From: CrAssphage ZA
Length of the DNA: 40,000 bases
Strand: one strand, 5' to 3'
Sequence record: MK238400.1
The position numbers and the translations under genes are program-made. Shown here one piece after another: positions 25,164 through 35,400 of this stretch. Within the stretch, counting starts at the first letter, position 1. Every line of letters begins with the position of its first letter. The notes below the pieces were generated by a model. That model was not told where the DNA came from, made no database searches, and saw nothing but the letters and a program-made list of their open reading frames with translations.

Positions 25164-25832
25164 ATGGAAGTAAAAGTATTTAAACTAAAAGAGATTAAAC
25201 TTCTTAGTGGAGATGTTGTGAATGTAGAACAGTATTGTAATGTTCAACCTATTCTGCCTGCTTATGGTAAAGAAGGTGATGCTTGTATGGATGTTTATCC
25301 TATTCATTATGAATATGATAGAGATAAAGATAGACATATTTATCATACAGGTTTAGCGTTTAATATTGGAGATGATGCTAATGGTGAACCTAATGAAATG
25401 TCTTTACGCCCTAGAAGTAATCTTACTAAATCTGACTTTTATATGCCTAATGCTCCTGGTACTCTTGATTGGGGTTATCGTGGAGAACTTCTTATTATTT
25501 TTAAGAATCGTACTTCTAGAGATTTAGTTCATGCTGTATCTACTCTTGTTGAAGTAGTTGATAAACTTAGAAAACATATGCATTTACCTGATAGTATGGT
25601 TGGTAATGCTAGACTTAAACTTAATAATGTTAGAGCTACAACTACTAATATTCTTGGTAAACTTTCTACTCCTCCATATAATTGTGATGGTAAAGATAGA
25701 TGTTGTCAACTTATTATTAATAGTGCTCAGAGAATTACTTGGAAAGAAGTTAAATCCATTAAAGAATTAGGAGAAAGTGAACGTGGAAACAAAGGATTTG
25801 GAGAAGGAACAGGAGGAGCAGCTAAAGCTTAA
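25164..25832 (+). CDS. dut: dUTPase-like protein
   Basis: YGKEGDACMDVYP, LRPRSNLTKSDFYMPNAPGTLDWGYRGELLIIFKN. Confidence 0.75.
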   Translation: MEVKVFKLKEIKLLSGDVVNVEQYCNVQPILPAYGKEGDACMDVYPIHYEYDRDKDRHIYHTGLAFNIGDDANGEPNEMSLRPRSNLTKSDFYMPNAPGTLDWGYRGELLIIFKNRTSRDLVHAVSTLVEVVDKLRKHMHLPDSMVGNARLKLNNVRATTTNILGKLSTPPYNCDGKDRCCQLIINSAQRITWKEVKSIKELGESERGNKGFGEGTGGAAKA

Positions 25833-26004
25833 AGTTGGTGCTCGTTATATTCATAATAAAACGTCTAATGAATATATAATTATTAGTATTACTAAAATGA
25901 AACATCCAGATACAGGTGAATGGATTCCTGCTGTTATTTATAAAGTTGATGGACTTGAACCTTTATGGTGTAGAAGTGTTGAAAGTTTTAAAAAGTTATT
26001 TTAG
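25777..26004 (+). CDS. Small hypothetical protein (75 aa)
   Basis: ORF MNVETKDLEKEQEEQLKLKVGARYIHNKTSNEYIIISITKMKHPDTGEW...; exact start uncertain. Confidence 0.6.
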   Translation: MNVETKDLEKEQEEQLKLKVGARYIHNKTSNEYIIISITKMKHPDTGEWIPAVIYKVDGLEPLWCRSVESFKKLF

Positions 26005-26037
26005 TGATGCTAAAGTTGAAGGTAATGAAATTTATCT

Positions 26038-26307
26038 ATGAAAAAGTTAATCTTGTTCTATTTACCTGATTGCAATGTTAGTAAACTTTTTGAAGAAAGG
26101 CTTCATAAAGCTCTTGCTCTTCCTGAGTTTGCCGGTAGGTTTAATCTTATTAGGTATAATCTATATACTGATACTGGTAGACAAGAAGCGCGTAGTATTG
26201 GTATTAGTGATGCTCCTACTGCTTACTGTAATGGTGATATTCTACATGGTGTGCAAAGCGATTACACTATTAGAAAGTATCTTCGCAAGCTGCTAGGAAA
26301 GTCATAG
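26038..26307 (+). CDS. Thioredoxin/glutaredoxin-fold-like protein
   Basis: LILFYLPDCNVSKLFEERLHKAL...GISDAPTAYCNGDILHGV; single-Cys active-site-like DCNVS. Confidence 0.5.
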   Translation: MKKLILFYLPDCNVSKLFEERLHKALALPEFAGRFNLIRYNLYTDTGRQEARSIGISDAPTAYCNGDILHGVQSDYTIRKYLRKLLGKS

Positions 26308-26308
26308 A

Positions 26309-26396
26309 TATGATTCTTTTGCCCTATATTGAATTTTAATTGTTATTGTGATTAATCTATCATAATATGAATATCATTCAATGTGGGGCTTTAAAA
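26309..26396 (+). promoter_or_regulatory. Three-copy leader element, copy C
   Basis: GATATGATTCTTTTGCCCTATATTGAATTTT...GATTAATCTATCA...TTCAATGTGGGGC; 13-bp arms 26321-26333 and 26377-26389 with two G.U. Confidence 0.65.
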
Positions 26397-26436
26397 TAGC
26401 TAATTTTATAAATTCTCATTATATTATACGAATACT

Positions 26437-27030
26437 ATGGTTAAAATTGAATTTTATTATAAAAGTGCTGATAAAGATAAAACAGAAGCTATGAGAGAAG
26501 CTATTGATATAGCTTTATTTGGTACTAACGTTCAATGTAATTTTAAAAATCTTCCTGACCATCTTATTCTTGAAGATATGATACTTGAAAAGGCTGTTGC
26601 AGGTAAAAATATTACTGAATATCCTACTTGTATTATATATAGAGATGATACAGAATACAAAAGATATAGTAATTCTGTTACTTGGGAAGAACTTCGTAAT
26701 GATATTAATTATCTTACTGGAGATGAACCTACTAGACAAACAAATAATATATTTGTTGAAGCATTTATTGATAAGCATGATTGTATAACTCGTGCTCAAT
26801 GTGCTGATGCTATTGCTTGGATGTGGAAATATCATAATACTAAAGTAGAATATATTCAAACTAATATTGATAATCCTAATAAGTTTGCTGTTATTATTAG
26901 AGATAATTGGAGAACATATTCTACTTATATATATTCTGATATTCTTAATACTGAAATGATTAAGAACTCTCTTCTTAGAGTTCCTAATACTATTAAAGAA
27001 GCTGTTAAAAATAATGCTATTGTATTATGA
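26437..27030 (+). CDS. Hypothetical protein (197 aa), possible thioredoxin-like fold
   Basis: Intact ORF between two thioredoxin-like genes; NITEYPTCIIYRDDTEYKRY segment. Confidence 0.7.
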   Translation: MVKIEFYYKSADKDKTEAMREAIDIALFGTNVQCNFKNLPDHLILEDMILEKAVAGKNITEYPTCIIYRDDTEYKRYSNSVTWEELRNDINYLTGDEPTRQTNNIFVEAFIDKHDCITRAQCADAIAWMWKYHNTKVEYIQTNIDNPNKFAVIIRDNWRTYSTYIYSDILNTEMIKNSLLRVPNTIKEAVKNNAIVL

Positions 27031-27317
27031 TACGTATTGATTGTTTTACTAAAAGTGGATGTGATGCTTGTAAAATTGCAATTAAAAATATAACTGAAGC
27101 TATTAATGAAGCTAACTGTGATATTACTTTAAACATTAGAAATACAAGTCTTGATGATATTCTAAGAAAAGAAATTAATAAATTTCCTACTACTGTTATA
27201 ATTAAAGTTGATAGTGATTATAATAGAAAAGAATTAGCTAGACTTGAAGGTAGTTTTCCTAGTGATTATATTAAAGATATTATTAATAAACTTGAAAAAA
27301 TAAACCATGACAGTTAA
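27027..27317 (+). CDS. Thioredoxin/glutaredoxin-like protein
   Basis: RIDCFTKSGCDACKIAIKN with CDAC redox motif; INKFPTTVIIKVD. Confidence 0.7.
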   Translation: MIRIDCFTKSGCDACKIAIKNITEAINEANCDITLNIRNTSLDDILRKEINKFPTTVIIKVDSDYNRKELARLEGSFPSDYIKDIINKLEKINHDS

Positions 27318-27453
27318 AGAACTTATAGAAATGCTTAAAACTTGCGATGAAGAATCAATAGTATATATTGATTATAATGGTGATATTAATTCTATTAATG
27401 AAGTATGTGATTATAGTAATAATTGTGGAGAAGTTATAATAGTTAGTGATTAA
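27307..27453 (+). CDS. Small protein (48 aa), paralogue 1
   Basis: MTVKELIEMLKTCDEESIVYIDYNGDINSINEVCDYSNNCGEVIIVSD; below the supplied track's cutoff. Confidence 0.6.
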   Translation: MTVKELIEMLKTCDEESIVYIDYNGDINSINEVCDYSNNCGEVIIVSD

Positions 27454-27468
27454 TTAAATTTTAAAGCT

Positions 27469-27618
27469 ATGACAGTTAAAGAACTTATAGATAAACTTCA
27501 ACAATTTGATGAAGATAAACTTGTTTTAGTTGAAGATACTGAATATAAAGAATTTCAGGCTATTGATGTTGAACCGGTAGATGATAGATTTGTAATAATT
27601 ACTACTACTATTAAATAA
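27469..27618 (+). CDS. Small protein (49 aa), paralogue 2
   Basis: MTVKELIDKLQQFDEDKLVLVEDTEYKEFQAIDVEPVDDRFVIITTTIK; shares MTVKELI with the upstream gene. Confidence 0.6.
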   Translation: MTVKELIDKLQQFDEDKLVLVEDTEYKEFQAIDVEPVDDRFVIITTTIK

Positions 27619-27637
27619 ATAATTAAATTTTAAAATT

Positions 27638-28087
27638 ATGGCTAAATTTATTGGAGTTAAAATGATTGAAGCTGTTCCTATGACAGCTCGTGAAGCAAAT
27701 GACAAAGGTTATAAAATTGGTAATCATTCTTTTGAAGAAGATGGTTATGAAGTAACTTATCCTGATGGATATAAATCTTGGAGTCCTGCTAAAGAGTTTG
27801 AGAAAGCTTATTATAAACTTGAAGACCCTGCTGGAGATGTTCTTAAAGAGAATGATATTAAGAGATTTATTAAAGATATTGAAAATGTAAAAGTTGGTAC
27901 TAAAACAACTAATACTACTCTTACTTGTCTTACTGGATTTGAAGTTCATGGTCAAGCTGCTTGTGTAAAACCTGAAAACTTTGATTTAAATGTTGGTTCT
28001 AATTATGCTCGAATTAAAGCTGAAGATAAAATTTGGGAAGGTCTTGGATTTGTTCTTCAATGGGCTAAATATGGACTAAAGAAGTAA
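27638..28087 (+). CDS. Hypothetical phage protein (149 aa)
   Basis: Intact ORF MAKFIGVKMIEAVPMTAREANDKGYKIG... Confidence 0.75.
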   Translation: MAKFIGVKMIEAVPMTAREANDKGYKIGNHSFEEDGYEVTYPDGYKSWSPAKEFEKAYYKLEDPAGDVLKENDIKRFIKDIENVKVGTKTTNTTLTCLTGFEVHGQAACVKPENFDLNVGSNYARIKAEDKIWEGLGFVLQWAKYGLKK

Positions 28088-28121
28088 ATAGTATTAATGC
28101 TAATGGTTTATATGTTATACT

Positions 28122-28158
28122 TAAAGCTAGCTCTAATAGAGCTGGCTTTATTTAATTT
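28122..28158 (+). terminator. Hairpin, probable terminator
   Basis: TAAAGCTAGCTC-TAATA-GAGCTGGCTTTA, 12-bp stem with one G.U, followed by TTTAATTT. Confidence 0.75.
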
Positions 28159-28204
28159 AATGGTTAGCTTGGAACCGCTACGAGTGCTACGCACTCTTCG
28201 CTAT

Positions 28205-28317
28205 ACTCCCCGTAGAGGATGGAATGGTAGTTATGCTAGTAATATTAATATAGTTATTAATGATAATGATTATATTGATTGAATGAATACTAGTCTATTC
28301 CATCCTCTACGGGGAGT
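28205..28317. repeat. Inverted pair of the dispersed GC-rich repeat flanking a 75-bp AT-rich core
   Basis: ACTCCCCGTAGAGGATGGA (28205-28223) and its exact reverse complement (28299-28317). Confidence 0.93.
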
Positions 28318-28377
28318 TGAGCGTAGCGAAGCGGAGCGTTCTACTAATCCTTAAACTTATAGTCGTTGGCATGACTG

Positions 28378-28421
28378 AAACCTCGGTAGCTAAGCTAGTC
28401 TTACTACTGGGGTTTATTTTT
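28378..28421 (+). terminator. Hairpin, probable terminator
   Basis: AAACCTCGGTAG...CTACTGGGGTTT, 12-bp stem with two G.U, followed by ATTTTTA. Confidence 0.75.
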
Positions 28422-28453
28422 ATCTTATTGTTAAACTTAAATATATTATAATT

Positions 28454-28636
28454 ATGGTTGCATTTATTGTTCTTATTGGAATTATATTTGGTGGTGTTAA
28501 ACTATTAGCAGTTGCTAATAATATTAGTGATAACGAAGCTATGGATAAGTATAGTGGAAAACTATTTGTTATTGGTATTATAGTTTTTATTATTCTTATG
28601 TGTGTTATTGGTAATAATGATGATGGTTTTAATTAA
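28454..28636 (+). CDS. Small membrane protein (60 aa)
   Basis: Two TM-like segments (FIVLIGIIFGGVKLLAVA; LFVIGIIVFIILMCVIG). Confidence 0.7.
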   Translation: MVAFIVLIGIIFGGVKLLAVANNISDNEAMDKYSGKLFVIGIIVFIILMCVIGNNDDGFN

Positions 28637-28762
28637 GATATTGCTAATGGACAGGCTTCTTATCGTATATATCTTAGATAGGGTTAACATTTTTTGTTGT
28701 TGATAATCAAGTAGTTATAAAAATATTTACTGCCCTTTAGAGGCATATTTAACATAATTTTT

Positions 28763-29404
28763 ATGAGAAACTATGCTCCATATAGGCATATTTTTTGTAC
28801 ATTTGTTGAAGTTAAAAGTAAATATAATGTTGAATTTAAAAATGATTTTATGGCTACTTATCGTTTTAATACTAAACTTATTAAAAAATTTGTTGATGCT
28901 CAAAAAGAACGTATTGCTGAAGTTGCTAGTAATATAGCTCCAACTGTTTATGATACTAACAAAACAGTTGAGGTTATGGATACTATGCAAGTTATTTCTA
29001 TTACTAATACTACTTATAATATTAATAAGTTAGGTATTAAAGGTAGAGATTATGTAGGAGTTGCAATGGAAATTCTTGATAAAGAACGTTATTTTAATGA
29101 AGCTACTCTACATTTATTTAATTATATATGTAGAAATTTAGCTTATATGAGTAATGTTATTGAATTTACTGAAAGTGCTATAACTGAATATTATGGGATT
29201 AAATCACATACATTTTATAAAGCACTTCAAACTCTTTATACAGCAAATGTTATTAAACCTACTACTCGTAAATCTGTTTATATAGTTAATCATAATTATA
29301 TATTTAGAGGTAATTATACAGAGTTTATACAATTATATAAAGAAATGTATAATGATAAAGATGTTATTGTAAATGAAGATGGAAAAATAGTTCTTGATTA
29401 TTAA
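28763..29404 (+). CDS. RepL-like winged-helix replication/regulatory protein
   Basis: ESAITEYYGIKSHTFYKALQTLYTANVIKPTTRKSVYIVNHNYIFRGNYTEF resembles the plasmid replication RepL C-terminus; alternative ATG start at MATYRFNTK. Confidence 0.5.
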   Translation: MRNYAPYRHIFCTFVEVKSKYNVEFKNDFMATYRFNTKLIKKFVDAQKERIAEVASNIAPTVYDTNKTVEVMDTMQVISITNTTYNINKLGIKGRDYVGVAMEILDKERYFNEATLHLFNYICRNLAYMSNVIEFTESAITEYYGIKSHTFYKALQTLYTANVIKPTTRKSVYIVNHNYIFRGNYTEFIQLYKEMYNDKDVIVNEDGKIVLDY

Positions 29405-29425
29405 GTTATTAATGATAAAAGAAAT

Positions 29426-29470
29426 AGGGCTTGTCTAGGTAGTGATACCATAGGCAAGCCCTTATTTTTT
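29426..29470 (+). terminator. Terminator at the convergent gene junction
   Basis: AGGGCTTGTCTA...TAGGCAAGCCCT, 12-bp stem with one G.U, followed by TATTTTTT; the A-rich 5' flank could also serve the minus strand. Confidence 0.85.
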
Positions 29471-29488
29471 ACTAGATTCAAGTCCAGC

Positions 29489-32400
29489 TTATTCAAATAT
29501 ATCTTTAGCTATATCTTTATAAGGTATAATACTAAGTATATTTTCATCAAGTTTATAATAACTATTATTATTAGGTAAATCAAGAACTCGATTAATACTA
29601 CGAACAACAGGTATATTACGAACAGCCATAACTTCAAACTTATTCATACCTTTATATCTACCAGTAGTATATTCCTCTGTGAAATCTTCTTCAATAAGGA
29701 ATCTAGCAGCCATAGCAATAGTACCAAGTAAGTCATTAATAGTTTGTCCAATAGCAACAGGACTAGACCATAACTTTTTACCTTCAGCATAAGCACCAAA
29801 TGGAGTAAATGAAGCAGCTTCAGAAGCAAGACGGTCAGCATGATAAAGCATAAGATTATATATAATACTTTCATCATCATCTCCACCCATACCAGTTATA
29901 GCAATCGCTCCAATAATGGCGGCTCCTACATAAAGTAAATCACCTAAATTACGTCTAATATTTGCTTTTTCATGTTCAGGAAGAAGTTCATAGTTAAGTT
30001 TGAAATTAACAGCAAATGAAAGTAAATTCTTACCATAAGTTTGGAATGCTTTAAGAACATCACTTACATTATTAATTTCTCCTACATTACTTTCTTTAAA
30101 TGGAATAGTCAAATAATCATAAAGACTAGTATAACTACCTTTTTCAATAGTACCTAGAGTTTCATTATAATAACCATTCCAACGATAACGTTTCTTAAAA
30201 CCGGGATAAAGATGTTTATGATATTGCATAACCATACCACCCCACCAATGTTGTTCAATATTAGCAGAACCAAGTTTATCATAAACACCATGAACTTTCT
30301 TATTTACTTCACGAACTTTATCAATAAATTTAGCATATTCTTTAAGAGTAAGTTTACTATCAGGTTTTATTTGAGCAATTCCATCTTTAAGTTCAAACTG
30401 ATTATAAATATCTGGAAGTTTAGCAAACTCTTTATTAATATTCTTAATAAGTTCTTTACGTTTAGCTATATATTCTCTTTGTTGTTCTTCATTAAGATAA
30501 GTTTTAACAAAATCGAATATAGGATTAGCTTTAAATAGATTATATTTAGCTCGTTTTTTATTATCAGCTTTAGCATCATCCATAAACTTATTGAATTGTT
30601 CAAGAAGAGATTGGCTCTCTCCTCTACGGGGAGTATTAATTACTGACATAAGAGCATCTTGTTCAGCTTTACGATGATACATTTCTTTACTCATTATATC
30701 ATAACCACCTCTACCATTATCAACAAGTCTATGAGATTTAAGCATAGCAAATAGCATAACATTTTGCATATAATGTTCACCAACAGATTGAGGGCTAAAT
30801 AATAATCCACGAACTCTACGAATATTTTCTTTAAGACCTTCAGCAGTGCTAACTTCAGTTACTCTATCAAAATCAACTACATGACTAAGTTTAATAATAG
30901 CATCTTGAATAGTACTACTATTTTCACTATACATATTAGCCATATAACTAACTGTTCCTTTAACCCATTCAGATTTACCAAATTCCCAATCTTTAAGATT
31001 AATATATTCACCAGCAGCTCTTTCCATAAATATATTACTAGAACCAGTAAGAACGTTAGCTATACCACCAGTAATATTCATCATCATATATTTACTACCA
31101 GCAATGTTTTGAGCAAGAGAACCAAGTTTAACTAGATTAGGAATTTTATTATCTTTATATTGTTCAAATACAAGACGACGTATAAAACTTCTAAGATGTT
31201 GACTAGTTCTAGTTTGTTGTTCTTGTTTATATTCAATTTCTCCACCAGCACTAGCTTCTCTATTTTCACTTATACTACCTTTATAATTTATATCATAAGC
31301 AGTATTACTAGTAATAATTTGGTCAGCAGTATAAAGAAGATTTTTAACTGTTTTAATAGCATTATATCTATTACTTTCAATTAAGAAACTATTAAATACT
31401 TCTTCCCAATTACGATTAAGAATATCATTATGAATTTTATTATTCTTTTCAATAATCTCATCTCTAGCTTTAATAGCAGCAGCTTTACGTTTACTAAATT
31501 CTTCATCACTTTCATTAGGTTCTTTAAATTTAGGTATAGTAGGAAGTTGTTGTGTATCTTTATTAGCTAATTGAGATAATCTAGGATTAGGAATATCATA
31601 ATCTTTATCAAAAGTTAAATCTTCATTATTTCTCCATCCAGTATTATTAGGAACATTAGCAGTCCAACCAAGAAAACTAAGAGCTTGCTCAAAGTAATCT
31701 TTAACAGTCATATCTTTGGATTTAGGTAAGGCTGGAAGATAACCCATATCAACATATCTCTTATTACTATTAGTAAAACAATACTTTTTCATAAGTTCAT
31801 TTACTTTATTCATAAGTTCAAGTTGATACTCATTAAGATTAGTATAATTAGGATTATCATATCCTGTTCCTACTTTATACTTATTAACAAAACTACTATA
31901 TTCTGGATTAACAAGTTCTTCTTTAGGAGTAATATGCATTTGATTAATACGTGGTTCATAATTACCAACAACAGCTGAACCATCATCTTTAATCATTTGC
32001 ATAGTAGTCCAAATACGAATAGGTTTAATAGTACGAGTGTAAGGGTCAAAATAATGATTATCTCTATACCATTGTTTATATTCAACACTATCAATACCAT
32101 ATTTATCAAGAACTTCTTTTTCTTTCATATAATAATATTGAGTAGTAGTTTCTCTAGTTCTTTTTTGAAGAATATTAATTGCAGCAGTTTTATCAATATC
32201 AGTCCATTTATCTAAATCTTTAGGTTTAATAATACCATAAATAGTTCGATTAGGTCTTTTTGCAATAGTTCCATTTTCTTCAACTTGTTCACTAAATACT
32301 TCTAGCCATTTATCATAATACTTTTTACCTTTAGCAAAAGCTCTATTTTTATCAAGTTCATATTGTTTCCAATTATAAGCAACATCACATTCACTTTCAA

Positions 32401-35400
32401 TAAATTCAGCAACACGTTTTGCTTTAGCTTTATCAGTACTCTTTTCACCTCTAGTAATTTCATTAAATACTTCAAAACCAGTCTTAAGTTGTTCTAAATC
32501 TTCTTGACTAATATCAGCAGTATTAAGAGTTCTAGTAGCATTATCAAAATATTTTTCAAGTATTTTATTAATAGCTTCTCCTACATTAATTTCTTCTTCG
32601 CTCTTAGATTTATTACCAGTAAGATAGTTATAGAAATCAGCACGATAAATTCTAAGTTCATCTTCAGCAGAACGAATAATACCAACATAAGGCATACCAT
32701 TACCTTTAGTATATTTATATTTTCTAACTGTTTCAGCTTTTATGAGAGCGGCACGTTCTTCCGGTATTTTACGTCCATCAACTACGTTAAATTCATCTTT
32801 AGCTTGAAATTCTTTAATAGCAAGATTAAGAACACTATTACCTTTATTAGCATCTTTAAGTTCTTCAAACGCCCAATTTAAATCTTCTATATCTTTAATA
32901 TCAAGAATATATCTAGTATTCTTACGAATCCATTCTTTAGCTTCATAATATTCAGGAACTTTCATAAGTTCTTCCATACTAATAAGAAGATTACCATTAG
33001 CATCACGTTGACTTTCATATTTACTAATAATAGAAAGTTGTTCTTTAAGTTTAGAATCAAATCCTTCTTTAGCTTGCTTATCATAGAACATTTCTTTAAC
33101 TTTACGAATATTAGTTTGATAAGCACGAAGTCTTTCAGCTACATTTAAATCATGACCAATCTTTTTATTACCATCTTCATCGTAAAGACTAGTAAGACTA
33201 TCCATTTGAGCATATATACGTCCAAGTTCTTCATCTTGACTTTGTGTAGTAACATTATCAGTAGCTTGGCTTAGAATATCTCGTATTCTACTATTAAGTC
33301 TTTTATATTCAGCAAATTCTTTAGGAATACCATCATCTCCTTTTTTAAGACCAAGAAGACTTCTTTCAAGATTTATAATATAAGTAGAATATTCAATAGT
33401 AACATTATTACCATCTTCATCTTGAACAGTGATTGGTTTAAGCTGATGAATAGTAGTCATATCAATAAATTTAGCTTTATTAGATAGAACAATAAGATGT
33501 TCAACACTATTTATACCAAATTTTTGTTCAGCTTCAATAGCAGCATCTCTATATTTCTTCATCTTTTCTTCCCAAACAGGATTATTAGGTTGAATTAATC
33601 TACCATCATCATCAATAATACTATCAAGACTAACAGATTTACCATCTTTAGTAGCTCTAGATTTAAGTTCTTTAAGATAATTTCTAAAGTCATTAGACTC
33701 TTTAATACCATTAAGACGACCTTCTTCAACAGTACCCATTACATCTTTAAGTATATTCTGCAATACAAAGTTACGATTAGCACGAATATCTTGTATCCAA
33801 TAATCCATAAATCCAGTATCACCATAAGCATCAAATTCTTTCATAAGACCACTTATATAATTAGGATTAGTAGTGCGTAATTGAATCCATCTTTCAAACC
33901 AATCTTTTCTAGCAGAATGCACAGTAGTATTAGAATCAACTTGATTAACTAGTTTCTGAATCTTTCTAATATTCTCTTTAGTTTTATCATCAAGATTTGT
34001 ACTATCAATATCAATTTCGCTAATAAGTTTATATTTATTCTTAAATGTATTAGCACTAAGAATAACATCTAAGAAACGATTTTGAAGTTGCTCATCTTTA
34101 AGAACTTTACTAATAACATCTTTATCGTTAATAGGTTTATCAATACCGTCAATTTTAATAAAACGATTAATATCATTAAGAATATTATTAGCTTCAACAT
34201 CTATATAATTAGCAATGACTGATAATGAAAATTCAGAATTATCAGAAAGACTACTACTATCAAGATAATTAATTTCAGCATTATTAAGAGCGTTTAATAC
34301 ATTTTGAGCAGCAGGTTGTCCATGACGAACAGCTCTTGAAATAATTAAACTTGCATTTTTAGCAAATCTACCAATAGGAGTTTGGTCATCAACACTACTA
34401 TATCTATCAGTATTACTAGTAACTCTATCTATTTCATTTTCATTAATTTCAATAAATAGTCCAAGTTTATTATCTTCAATATTAGGATATTTAGCTTTAT
34501 ATTGTTTTAAATCATCGCTTAAATTAATAGCAGTAGTTTCATTAATATTAAGATAAAATTTATCATTAATAGTATATATAGTATTATTCTCAAAAGGAGT
34601 ATTCATAAAAGGTTGGAAATACTCATCAGATATATATTTACTATATAGTTCAGGAACTTCTTTATAACCTTTATTTACAGCTTCATTAATATTATCTTTA
34701 ATGCCATCAATAAATTTATCTCGTTTTTCTTGTTGAGTAAGACCTTCATAAAGAAGAACAGCTAACGGTTTATGAATATTATTATTAGCTATAATACTAG
34801 GCTCAATACTATTATAAGTTTCAAATGATTCAAGTCTATCAATAGGATAATAAGCTAAAGTTCCATCATAAGTTCCTTTAATATATAAATTTCTATTAAT
34901 TCTAATAACATTAACAGCATCTCCATTTCTTATTATTCCTACATTATCAAGATTTTCTTGACCATTAAAAGTAATAATACCACTTCTTTTTAGACTATAA
35001 TTAATTTTATTATTAGTAAGTCTTTTAAACGTATAACTAGGACAGTTAAAACTATTATAATTCTTACGAATAAAACCAATTATATCTTCAATATTATCTT
35101 TATCAATAAGACCATAACTATTAATACCTTTCATAGCTATATCTCCAATAGCTATTCCATTTTCACTCAATCCTCTAAGGGGAGTATTACTTATAAGTCT
35201 ACTAATATTTCTAGTTCTAAATTTATGGCCTTCAACAATAAAAGCATATTTAACTAAATCAAGAGCTGTAAGTTTAATGAAAGGATTAGGATGATTCCAA
35301 GCTCTATCAAATAATCTATGAGCTTCATCATTAGTAATATCACCTTGTATGTAATTAATATATTGAATATTTACATTACGACGATTATTTCTTTCGTCAT

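Noticed and set aside
28097-28282. 61-aa ORF MLMVYMLYLKL...RYTPRRGWNGS...
   Set aside because: It runs through the terminator hairpin at 28122 and the dispersed repeat at 28205; coding there is unlikely.
28340-28420. tRNA-like segment around AGTCGTTGGCATGACTGAAACCTCGG
   Set aside because: No acceptor/T-arm pairing or GGTTCRA box; better explained by the 28378-28415 terminator hairpin.
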